In this document: positions 1-7,524 of the stretch, one piece after another | Layout of the letters: the number at the start of each line of letters is the position of its first letter | How positions within the stretch are numbered: position 1 is the stretch's first letter | IMG/VR virus record: IMGVR_UViG_2563366799_000003 | From: a virus | Lineage: Duplodnaviria; Heunggongvirae; Uroviricota; Caudoviricetes | Direction: 5' to 3' (one strand) | Length of the DNA: 30,441 nucleotides | Position numbers and translations under genes: made by a program | Notes under the pieces: generated by a model | What the model was told of the DNA's origin: nothing | What the model saw: the letters and a program-made list of their open reading frames with translations, nothing else | Database searches by the model: none

Positions 1-2
1 TG

Positions 3-1982
3 GATTTCTGGGTTACCGCAAAAGAATGCGTAGGAATTTGTTCTTTTCCTAATGCAGAAAAGAACGTCAGAAAACATTTGGAGTCTTTTGTCAGTGGACG
101 TAGTGAACTACGCCGTAAACGTGCTGGCACCAAAGCATTCGAATACCACATATCGGTGTTGCCACCTGAAGTCCGCGCTGAACTGCTGGCCGCACGTGGC
201 CTGATTGAAACATCATCCGGGCTGATTACATTGCCACAGGAGCCTGAGCGCGTGGCGGCTGACGATCTGGAACGCCAGCGACTGTGGTCTGCATGGGAGA
301 AAGCTACCGGCGAGCAGCGTCTGCATGCAGAACGCCGGACTAAAGCTGCCGCGCTGGTGGCGGAACTGATGGCTTCCGGCATCGGCAATCGTAAGGCGAT
401 CACGCTGGCAGCAAAACAGCTGCAAATCAGTGAAGGTACGCTGCGCAATCTTTACTACAAAGTCAAAGACCATAGTCCTGACCTCTGGGGTCCGGTACTG
501 CTTGACCGCCGTGTGCGTGAAAAACGTCAGACTGGCCGGACTGCCGATATCTCTGAAGATGCCTGGCAGTTCTTCCTGGGCGATTATCTGCGAAACGAAG
601 CGCCGTTCTTCTCCAAAAGCTATGAGCGCCTTGAAAAGGCGGCAGATGCTCATGGCTGGATTATTCCCGCTGAGCGCACTCTGCGCCGCAAGCTAGAACG
701 TGAAGTTGATCCGCGTATCGTCGTTGCCACCCGTGAGGGCGAGAACGCGCTGGCGCAGATGTATCCGTCGCAGCAGCGCACCGTGGCATATCTTCATGCG
801 ATGGAGTGGATCAATGGCGACGGTTACCAGCACAACGTGTTTGTCCGTTGGTTTAACGGCGACATCATCCGTCCTAAAACGTGGTTCTGGCAGGATGTCC
901 ACAGTCGCAAAATTATTGGCTGGCGTGCTGATTTGTCGGAGAACAGTGACAGCATCCGTTTATCCCTGATGGATACCATCCGCGCTTACGGTAAGCCTAA
1001 ACATGTGACCATCGATAACACCCGCGCTGCTGCAAATAAATGGCTGTCCGGTGGCGTTCCTAACCGTTACCGCTTCAAAGTCAAACCTGATGACCCGATG
1101 GGGATCATCCCTCTGCTGGGAATGAAGCTGCACTGGACGGGGGTGATTGGCGGTAAGGGCTGGGGACAGGCAAAGCCCGTTGAACGTGCCTTCGGCGTGG
1201 GCGGTCTGGGCGAATATATCGACAAACATCCTGCGCTGGCTGGAGCATTTGCCGGTGAAAACGTCAGCTCCAAGCCAGAGAACTACGGCAGCCGGGCGGT
1301 GGATGTGGATACATTCCTGGAAACCATCAGCGAAGGTGTCGCCATGTTCAACGCGAAGGCCGGGCGCGAGACCGAGATGTGCCGGGGGGAACTGTCCTTC
1401 GACCAGGCGTTTGAGCGCAGCTACAGCCAGTCAGTCATCACCCGTATGACCGAAGAGCAAATTCGTCAACTGATGCTGCCTGCGGAAGCTGTACGCGTGA
1501 AGACTACAGGCGAATTTACGATGGAGTGCGGGGGCTCGTTATTTGGCCGTAAGAATACTTACTGGAGTGAACAGCTCGTCAGCCACCGCTCGCGCAAAAT
1601 CACCGTCCGGTTTGATCCAAGGAACCTGCACGGAGAAGTCGCCTGTTATGACCTCGACGGCCGTTTCCTTTGCATGGCTGAGTGTCGTGCCGCCGTGGCC
1701 TTTGGCGATACCGAGGCTGGACGTGAACACAACCGTGCACGCCGCGAGATGATCAAGAGTACGAAGAAAGCGACTAAGGCTCTGAACCGTATGACGGCGA
1801 TTGAGGTGAATGACCTGCTGCCGAAGACTGAGCATGCAGAACTGCCGGAGCGGCATGTGGTGGAGCGTGTATTTACCCTGGGCAACACCGTCAAGCGCGT
1901 GGAGGACATACAGGAAACGCAGAGCGAAAACGACGTTATTTTCCAGCAGTTTGTTAATAAGGCTAAACAGGCACGGAAATAA
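3..1982 (+). CDS. A: Mu A-type DDE transposase, 5'-truncated by window edge
   Basis: Frame is open from base 3 to the window start (DFWVTAKEC... precedes the ORF-track Met at 78) and aligns from about residue 4 of MuA as I recall it; catalytic-core motifs WINGDGY, ITIDNTRAAANKW and GQAKPVERAFG (DDE) are present. Confidence 0.92.
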   Translation, partial: DFWVTAKECVGICSFPNAEKNVRKHLESFVSGRSELRRKRAGTKAFEYHISVLPPEVRAELLAARGLIETSSGLITLPQEPERVAADDLERQRLWSAWEKATGEQRLHAERRTKAAALVAELMASGIGNRKAITLAAKQLQISEGTLRNLYYKVKDHSPDLWGPVLLDRRVREKRQTGRTADISEDAWQFFLGDYLRNEAPFFSKSYERLEKAADAHGWIIPAERTLRRKLEREVDPRIVVATREGENALAQMYPSQQRTVAYLHAMEWINGDGYQHNVFVRWFNGDIIRPKTWFWQDVHSRKIIGWRADLSENSDSIRLSLMDTIRAYGKPKHVTIDNTRAAANKWLSGGVPNRYRFKVKPDDPMGIIPLLGMKLHWTGVIGGKGWGQAKPVERAFGVGGLGEYIDKHPALAGAFAGENVSSKPENYGSRAVDVDTFLETISEGVAMFNAKAGRETEMCRGELSFDQAFERSYSQSVITRMTEEQIRQLMLPAEAVRVKTTGEFTMECGGSLFGRKNTYWSEQLVSHRSRKITVRFDPRNLHGEVACYDLDGRFLCMAECRAAVAFGDTEAGREHNRARREMIKSTKKATKALNRMTAIEVNDLLPKTEHAELPERHVVERVFTLGNTVKRVEDIQETQSENDVIFQQFVNKAKQARK

Positions 1983-2077
1983 AAAAGCGACGTAGTGAGC
2001 GCCGCTTCTGAATTAAGTGAATCAGTTTTAACACCTGAATAATTACAGGCCATTTAAAAAATACAGGATTAATAATC

Positions 2078-3016
2078 ATGACGCAAATTAACCATGATGT
2101 TGTGCGCAGTGCCATTCGTGAACTTATCGACAGCAAGACGATTTCCGGTGCAGCGCTGGCGCGTGAGACCGGTACATCAACCGCGACGGTTTCACAGTTC
2201 CTGAACGGGAAATACAAAGGTGACAATGACACCGTAGCTGCCAGCCTGAATACCTGGCTTGAAAGTCACAACGCCGCGAAAACCACGCTTCCGGTGGCCC
2301 CTGATTTCGTTGAGACACCGACCTCTCAGAAAATCCTCGCCACCCTGACGTGGGCGCAGCTGGCCGGGACGATTGTGCTGGTTTACGGCAATCCGGGCGT
2401 GGGTAAGACAAAGGCTATCCGGCAGTATGCCGCAGGCGGTAATAACGTCTGGCACATCACCGCCAGCAAATCCCGCAGCAATGAGCTGGAGACCCTGTAT
2501 GAACTGGCCCTGAAAATGGGCATCAGCGATGCGCCATACCGCCGTGGTGCACTCTCTCGCCTGCTGCGCCAGCGTCTGCCGGACACGCGCGGCCTGATAG
2601 TGGTGGATGAAGCCGACTGGCTGAGTCTGGATGCGGTGGAAGAGCTGCGTATTCTCCAGGAGGAATGTGGCGTGGGGCTGGCACTGGTGGGTAACCACAA
2701 GGTCTATGACCGTCTTACCGGCGGCCAGCGCAGCGTGGATTTTGCCCGCCTGTTCTCCCGCGTGTCCAAGAAGTACGTCATCAATACCGTTTCCGCTGGT
2801 GACGTGGACAGCTTCTGCGATGCCTGGCAGGTCACCGGCGCTGACGAACGCAAGCTGCTGAAGGCTATCGCCCGACGTCCGGGGGCGCTGCGTTCTCTGT
2901 CGCACATCCTGCCGCTGGCCGGAATTTACGCTCAGGGCAAGGGTGAGACCATTGGCACGGCGCACATCCAGTCCGCCATGCTGGAGCTGGGCCACAGCGG
3001 TATCGGAGAGGAGTGA
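2078..3016 (+). CDS. B: Mu B-type transposition ATPase (AAA+ target DNA activator)
   Basis: 312 aa, directly downstream of A; Walker A GNPGVGKT and Walker B LIVVDEAD; N-terminal HTH-like segment; ATG at 2078 preceded by an AT-rich leader. Confidence 0.9.
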   Translation: MTQINHDVVRSAIRELIDSKTISGAALARETGTSTATVSQFLNGKYKGDNDTVAASLNTWLESHNAAKTTLPVAPDFVETPTSQKILATLTWAQLAGTIVLVYGNPGVGKTKAIRQYAAGGNNVWHITASKSRSNELETLYELALKMGISDAPYRRGALSRLLRQRLPDTRGLIVVDEADWLSLDAVEELRILQEECGVGLALVGNHKVYDRLTGGQRSVDFARLFSRVSKKYVINTVSAGDVDSFCDAWQVTGADERKLLKAIARRPGALRSLSHILPLAGIYAQGKGETIGTAHIQSAMLELGHSGIGEE

Positions 3017-3020
3017 CATC

Positions 3021-3260
3021 ATGATCGCCGAACGTATTGCAGAGCACATCAGCATGGCAGAAGCGGCGCAGAACTGGCTGCGTGCGCGTGGCAGTCGCGT
3101 GACTGACGTTCGGGTGTTTATGCGTCGCCCGCTGCTGGAGATTGCCTGCCCGCCGGTTGAGCTGCTTAACAGCGCAGAGCGCATTGCTGAATCACACAAC
3201 GGTGGCACCCGCTCCGTCTGGGTCGCCAGTCTGGAAGGTTGCCGGATTATCTGGAGGTAA
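3021..3260 (+). CDS. hypothetical early protein (79 aa)
   Basis: Internal ATG of ORF 2943..3260, 4 nt after the B stop, with GGAGAGGAG ribosome-binding site; occupies the Mu semi-essential early-region position. Confidence 0.5.
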   Translation: MIAERIAEHISMAEAAQNWLRARGSRVTDVRVFMRRPLLEIACPPVELLNSAERIAESHNGGTRSVWVASLEGCRIIWR

Positions 3261-3262
3261 GC

Positions 3263-3553
3263 ATGGGGTGGAGAACGGGTAAAACATGGTCCCCCGAAGA
3301 GCTTCGCATTCTTGAGCAGAGTGCAGGGAAAGTCAGTGTTATCGGGCTGGCTCAGCAACTGGGACGTACAAAACAGTCCGTTCAGAATTGCGCTCTTCGT
3401 CTTGGACTGTCACTGCGTATTCGTACAGAGGACGAGCATGATGCGTATTTATGCCGTGAGCTTTATAAGGAGGGGCTGACCGTTGCGATCATCGCAGAAA
3501 AAATGGAAATGTCCCGTCGTCAGGTTTTTAACATCGTTTATCGCGACAGCTAA
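3263..3553 (+). CDS. hypothetical early protein, possible small HTH DNA-binding protein (96 aa)
   Basis: ATG 2 nt after the upstream stop (ORF-track start 3239 is a TTG overlapping the upstream gene); contains HTH-like segments LAQQLGRTKQSVQNCALRLG and TVAIIAEKMEMSRRQVFNIVY. Confidence 0.5.
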   Translation: MGWRTGKTWSPEELRILEQSAGKVSVIGLAQQLGRTKQSVQNCALRLGLSLRIRTEDEHDAYLCRELYKEGLTVAIIAEKMEMSRRQVFNIVYRDS

Positions 3554-3567
3554 CTTAAAGGTTTTTT

Positions 3568-3843
3568 ATGACTGAGAAACAGCAATCAATATTAATCGCT
3601 TATGCGTGGGCCAGCGGGCTGATTGAATTTGGTCAGACACTCCCGGAAGGCGCTTTACCTATCGCGAGCGCCCGTCATCACAAGCGGCTCCGGGAGGTCA
3701 TAAATGTTTACGCACGCCACGGATATGCCCCTGGGCAGCTACTGGTTCCGGGGATTCCTGAAGCAGCCACCCAGAACGAAGCCGGAGTGGCTCTGACAAA
3801 GTTCTGTTTTTATGTTGAACGCGCATTACTGAATAAGGATTAA
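3568..3843 (+). CDS. hypothetical early protein (91 aa)
   Basis: ATG with AAAGG ribosome-binding site; tightly packed in the early operon; no recognisable family. Confidence 0.5.
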   Translation: MTEKQQSILIAYAWASGLIEFGQTLPEGALPIASARHHKRLREVINVYARHGYAPGQLLVPGIPEAATQNEAGVALTKFCFYVERALLNKD

Positions 3844-3847
3844 AACA

Positions 3848-4099
3848 ATGGCTAAACAGGTTATCACCATTGTCATTGAGGATGGCATCGTTCAGAAAAG
3901 TGACAAATCAATTAATAACGAACTACCTGAAGGGAAACTCAATATTCAGTTTCATCTTAATAACACAAATGATGATGGTTCATTTTCGTTTCTGGTTGCT
4001 GAAGGTCTGTCAGCTATTTTCCCGATGGCGATCCAGCAGGTCACCACGTTTGTGAAAGCAAGGGTGGAGCAGGATAACCGTAAAATAATCAAACACTGA
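3848..4099 (+). CDS. hypothetical early protein (83 aa), visibly AT-rich
   Basis: ATG with AAGGA ribosome-binding site 4 nt after the upstream stop; more AT-rich than flanking genes; immediately upstream of gam. Confidence 0.45.
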   Translation: MAKQVITIVIEDGIVQKSDKSINNELPEGKLNIQFHLNNTNDDGSFSFLVAEGLSAIFPMAIQQVTTFVKARVEQDNRKIIKH

Positions 4100-4106
4100 G
4101 GTTGAT

Positions 4107-4634
4107 ATGAAAGCACCTAAAAAACCACGAGCCAAGTCTGCTGCGGCAGTGGCCGTTCCGCAGTCACGTGAAGACGTGATTAACGATATCCGAAAAATTG
4201 GCGACATCACCCGTGTCATTTTGCGCCGTGAAACAGAACTGAATGACAAACTGGCCGAGCTGACTAACGACGCCGCTCCCGGAATTGAAGCGCTCAAGAA
4301 AGAGCTGGGCCGCTTACAAACTGGCGTCCAGACGTGGTGTGAAGCCAACCGTGCAGAGCTTACGAAAGACGGTAAGACCAAGACGGCCAACCTGACAACG
4401 GGCGAAGTTCGCTGGCGTAAGCGCCCGCCCAGCGTCACCATTCGCAAAGTTGAAGATGTTATTGCGTTACTCAAGAAATTCAGCCTGGGTAAATTTCTTC
4501 GCAATAAAGAGGAAATTAATAAAGAGGCAATTCTTGCATCACCGAATGAAGTTAAGGGAATTGCAGGGATATCCATTAAATCAGATGTTGAGGATTTTGA
4601 AATAATCCCATTTGAACAAACTGTAACTGATTAA
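4107..4634 (+). CDS. gam: host-nuclease inhibitor Gam (Mu Gam / Ku-like DNA-end-binding protein)
   Basis: 175 aa; strong similarity to Mu Gam as recalled (basic N-terminus, VPQSREDVINDIRKIGD, GVQTWCEANR, KTKTANLTTGEVRWRKRPPSV, EINKEAIL, IIPFEQ); GAGG ribosome-binding site. Confidence 0.9.
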   Translation: MKAPKKPRAKSAAAVAVPQSREDVINDIRKIGDITRVILRRETELNDKLAELTNDAAPGIEALKKELGRLQTGVQTWCEANRAELTKDGKTKTANLTTGEVRWRKRPPSVTIRKVEDVIALLKKFSLGKFLRNKEEINKEAILASPNEVKGIAGISIKSDVEDFEIIPFEQTVTD

Positions 4635-4723
4635 TTAACTTTCTTTGATTCTCAGAATTTTAATACGGTATGCCTGCCGGGGCTTCGTGCACCCGCAGGC
4701 AACTAAATATGGAGTTTAAGCGA

Positions 4724-5380
4724 ATGACCAGGCATACGATTATCAATATCCAGCAGATACGTGACGATATCTGCAAACGTAAAGCAATGCCGCCATTTGG
4801 CCCCGATACCAGTATTAATCGTCTTAAAACTATCAATGAGACCCAGCGCAGTTTCACTCTTGAAGTCGTGGAATTGTTGCTGGGTGAAATAGACGTCCTG
4901 TCAAAATCAGAATGGACACTGGCGGATGAACTGGTCAAGGCCCAAAAACGCATAGCTGAGCAGGAACGCACTAACACCGCCCAGGACGATCACATCAATC
5001 AGCAGGCAGACCGTATCGAATGCCTGGAAAAGAAAAACGACGATCTGGGCAAAGCTATTAGGGCCGCACTTCCATCGTTTTCACTGTCACCAGCAGCATC
5101 TGATGTTCTGGCCGAGCGCCAGCGGCAGATATCGGTTAAGGGGTACACTACACAGCAGGACGACACATATATTGAAGGTGAGCTGGCCGCAGCGGCTATA
5201 AGTTACATAGAGCCTTTGGCGGCTGAAGAATACTGGCCTGCTGACTGGCATGATGACAGTTTCAAACCGTCAGACTATCGTCGAAATTTAGTGAAAGCAT
5301 GTGCGCTTTTGATTGCAGAAATTGAGCGTATTGACCGCCAGTCGGAGGGAAATAACGATGAGTCGCGCATCCCTGATTAA
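4724..5380 (+). CDS. hypothetical early protein: coiled-coil N-terminal half plus acidic, Trp-containing C-terminal domain; tentatively Ea22-like with a nucleotide-pyrophosphohydrolase-like C-terminus
   Basis: ORF 4670..5380; ATG at 4724 preferred because it has a GGAG ribosome-binding site 9 nt upstream, whereas the 4670 ATG lies inside a hairpin; heptad-like segment VELLLGEIDVLSKSEWTLADELVKAQKRIAEQER. Family assignment is unverified recollection. Confidence 0.45.
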   Translation: MTRHTIINIQQIRDDICKRKAMPPFGPDTSINRLKTINETQRSFTLEVVELLLGEIDVLSKSEWTLADELVKAQKRIAEQERTNTAQDDHINQQADRIECLEKKNDDLGKAIRAALPSFSLSPAASDVLAERQRQISVKGYTTQQDDTYIEGELAAAAISYIEPLAAEEYWPADWHDDSFKPSDYRRNLVKACALLIAEIERIDRQSEGNNDESRIPD

Positions 5381-5885
5381 GTTAATCCATGTTGCCCGTC
5401 GCAATCTACAACTGGACGATGACACCTACCGCTCTGTACTGATGCGAGTGACGGGAAAGCAAAGCTGTCGTGACCTGAGAGTCGGCCAACTGGAGGATGT
5501 GCTGAAGGTACTGGAGGATAAGGGTTTCATTCGTACCCGTCCCCGTTCTCCGGCTCGCCGTCATCGTGAGACAGATATCACCGCAAAGGTCCGCAGCATC
5601 TGGCGGCAGATGCATCTTGATGGGTTTATCCGTGATGGCAGCGATACCTCACTCGATTCGTTCGTCGCGAAGATGACTGTCAGAACCAACAAAGGTAAAG
5701 GTATCGCCAGCCTGGCATGGTGCCGTGGCGATAATCTTCTGATGGTGCTGGAAAGCCTCAAGCAATGGCACCTGAGAGAAATGACAGAGGCGCTGAGTCC
5801 GCGAGACCTGGCATTTCAGGATAATCGGGGTTATGACGCCATCAACAGCCTGTATTCCAGTAAAGTAAGAAAGGTGCGCACATGA
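5358..5885 (+). CDS. gemA: GemA-like early regulatory protein (Mu gp16 family)
   Basis: ATG at 5358 with GAGGGA ribosome-binding site; N-terminus MSRASLIKLIHVARRNLQLDDDTYRSVL matches the gp16/GemA family pattern as recalled; position immediately upstream of mor as in Mu. Confidence 0.65.
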   Translation: MSRASLIKLIHVARRNLQLDDDTYRSVLMRVTGKQSCRDLRVGQLEDVLKVLEDKGFIRTRPRSPARRHRETDITAKVRSIWRQMHLDGFIRDGSDTSLDSFVAKMTVRTNKGKGIASLAWCRGDNLLMVLESLKQWHLREMTEALSPRDLAFQDNRGYDAINSLYSSKVRKVRT

Positions 5886-6289
5886 GCGAAAAGCAGAATG
5901 ACCTGTTTGGTGATATCCAGGATGACAGCATTCTGGAGCACCTGGACGATGACAGTTCGGCGGAAACTGTGCGTTTCCCTGCACTGCTGACAGAACTGAA
6001 TACGCTGTTGCGTGGCGAACTGACAAAGCATGGTGTTGACCCACGAATCTCTCTGGAGCTGGTCTATGCGATTAGCTGTCAGATTGGTGGAATGCAGATT
6101 TATTTTCCACGCGGCCAGACTCTTGAGTCATTGATTCGTGATATGAAAATCTGGCGTGATTTCAATGGCAGAAACATCACAGAGTTGGTTGAGCGTTACC
6201 GTGTTACCTATAAAACGGTGTATAAAGCAATCCGGAGAATGCGAAAGTTAGAGCAAGGTAAGAGGCAGCTCTCATTTAATATGGAGTGA
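5882..6289 (+). CDS. mor: Mor/C-family transcriptional activator (middle/late gene activator)
   Basis: 135 aa; acidic N-terminus DLFGDIQDDSILEHLDD, dimerisation region RFPALLTELNTLLRGEL, C-terminal HTH GRNITELVERYRVTYKTVYKAIRRMR; ATGA overlap with gemA stop. Only Mor/C-family member in the window. Confidence 0.85.
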   Translation: MSEKQNDLFGDIQDDSILEHLDDDSSAETVRFPALLTELNTLLRGELTKHGVDPRISLELVYAISCQIGGMQIYFPRGQTLESLIRDMKIWRDFNGRNITELVERYRVTYKTVYKAIRRMRKLEQGKRQLSFNME

Positions 6290-6293
6290 TAAT

Positions 6294-6617
6294 ATGGTTG
6301 GTGTGATTGTTATTAACATAGTTTGTATTATATGTGTTTTTTGGGTTTTCTTTGATGCTACTTCTAACAACATAGGAAGTTATGTTGTTAGAGACGGTGT
6401 GCGAAAAGGATGTCGCAGAGGCATACACCCTGTGGTTTGGGCTGCGCTGAGTATATTTATACTTCCTTTTATTTGGTATCTGATCAACAGGAAATCTTTA
6501 TTGATCGCTGCGGAAGAATATCCAGTAAAGACTGATAAAAGCGTAAGTTTTATTATTCTACTTTTGTTGGTATCAGGATGGTTGCTCTATCGCTACAAAG
6601 ATTATTTATTCTATTAA
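6294..6617 (+). CDS. small integral membrane protein (107 aa, three predicted TM helices), AT-rich moron; possibly PLD-nuclease-N-terminal-like fold
   Basis: ATG 4 nt after the mor stop with GGAG ribosome-binding site (translational coupling); three hydrophobic stretches (res 3-21, 47-63, 84-99); motif VVWAALSIFILPFIWYLINRK; markedly AT-rich codon usage unlike neighbours; followed by an intrinsic terminator. Confidence 0.55.
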   Translation: MVGVIVINIVCIICVFWVFFDATSNNIGSYVVRDGVRKGCRRGIHPVVWAALSIFILPFIWYLINRKSLLIAAEEYPVKTDKSVSFIILLLLVSGWLLYRYKDYLFY

Positions 6618-6633
6618 GTTATAGCCAATACAA

Positions 6634-6649
6634 TGAAGCCGGTTAATCC
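6634..6649 (+). promoter_or_regulatory. candidate late-promoter activator site (motif TGAAGCCGGTTAATCC) upstream of the endolysin gene
   Basis: Identical 16-mer recurs at 14608-14623 upstream of gene I; motif centre is 69 bp upstream of the lys ATG (6714). Confidence 0.4.
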
Positions 6650-6660
6650 GGCTTTTTTTT
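6636..6660 (+). terminator. rho-independent terminator ending the early/middle transcript
   Basis: Perfect 7-bp stem AAGCCGG / CCGGCTT (6636-6642, 6648-6654) with loop TTAAT, followed by a T8 run to 6660. Confidence 0.7.
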
Positions 6661-6713
6661 CGTCCGGCACATGATGGAAGGGAAATCTAACCCACTTCCA
6701 AAGGTGCCGTTTT

Positions 6714-7304
6714 ATGAACAACACCCCCGATTCTCCCGCATTTCGCAATGCTCTTGCTTTCGTGCTCAGCGCAGAACGCGGATATGTCAATGACCCCACT
6801 GACCGTGGCGGTGAAACTAACTTCGGTATATCAGATAAACGCGACGGTGTTGCCGATGGCATGACCGACGTTAATGGCGATGGCAAGCCTGATACTCGTA
6901 TTCGTGATTTAACGGTTGAACAGGCCGGACAGATTTACTTCCGTGACTACTGGTATCCGGCGTATTGCCAGTTATGGCCGGATGATATCGCCCTGTTTGT
7001 CTTTGATTCTGCCGTCCAGCATGGCGTCAAAAAGGCTGTCCAGTTGCTTCAGGAAGCTGTGGGTTTCACTGGCAAAAGCGTTGACGGTATCGCCGGTAAA
7101 AACACCCGTGCAGCCGTTGAGCGTGCTGACCCTGACTGGCTGCTGAACCGTTTGTTTCTGCAACGTTCCCGCTATTACGCCGACATCATCAAAGCAAACT
7201 CTTCGCAGGGCAAGTTCCTCAACGGCTGGTTTAACCGCCTTGACAACCTCGCTGACGCCTGTCGTGAGATTTCCGGTGTCCGCTATTCGGTAGCCCGGAG
7301 CTGA
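6714..7304 (+). CDS. endolysin, glycoside hydrolase family 108 N-domain with C-terminal peptidoglycan-binding domain
   Basis: 196 aa; GH108 signature SAERGYVNDPTDRGGETNFGI; C-terminal region RSRYYADIIKANSSQGKFLNGWFNRL resembles PG_binding_3; no N-terminal TM or signal anchor. Confidence 0.8.
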   Translation: MNNTPDSPAFRNALAFVLSAERGYVNDPTDRGGETNFGISDKRDGVADGMTDVNGDGKPDTRIRDLTVEQAGQIYFRDYWYPAYCQLWPDDIALFVFDSAVQHGVKKAVQLLQEAVGFTGKSVDGIAGKNTRAAVERADPDWLLNRLFLQRSRYYADIIKANSSQGKFLNGWFNRLDNLADACREISGVRYSVARS

Positions 7305-7305
7305 T

Positions 7306-7524
7306 ATGGGCAAGGGATGGGACGCTTCGCTGAAACAGGGACGACGTGACCGGCTGAGGCAGGAAGTTCTTCACCGAATAGCAGGTGGCCCCGTCCCCGT
7401 TCCGACAAGTTATGCAGGTCATGACGGTACACACGCCAGTTACTACATGCGCGGCTGGTCATCCGTCGATATCAGAGACATCGTCTGGCAATGCCAGCGA
7501 TACAAGGAAAAACACAATGTTTAA
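7306..7524 (+). CDS. hypothetical protein (72 aa), lysis region
   Basis: ATG 2 nt after the lys stop with GGAG-like ribosome-binding site; overlaps the next gene by 8 nt; preferred over the 7385..7924 long reading, whose N-terminal 44 aa are low-complexity. Confidence 0.35.
   Translation: MGKGWDASLKQGRRDRLRQEVLHRIAGGPVPVPTSYAGHDGTHASYYMRGWSSVDIRDIVWQCQRYKEKHNV

Noticed and set aside
2192-3358. 388-aa minus-strand ORF antisense to the B gene
   Set aside because: Lies entirely opposite a well-supported Walker-motif ATPase gene, has a low-complexity Ser/Arg/Ala-rich translation and no start context; typical spurious antisense ORF in GC-rich DNA.
4670-4723. Upstream ATG start (4670) for the coiled-coil early protein
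   Set aside because: No ribosome-binding site and the codon sits inside a GC-rich hairpin; the ATG at 4724 has a GGAG 9 nt upstream. The start remains uncertain.
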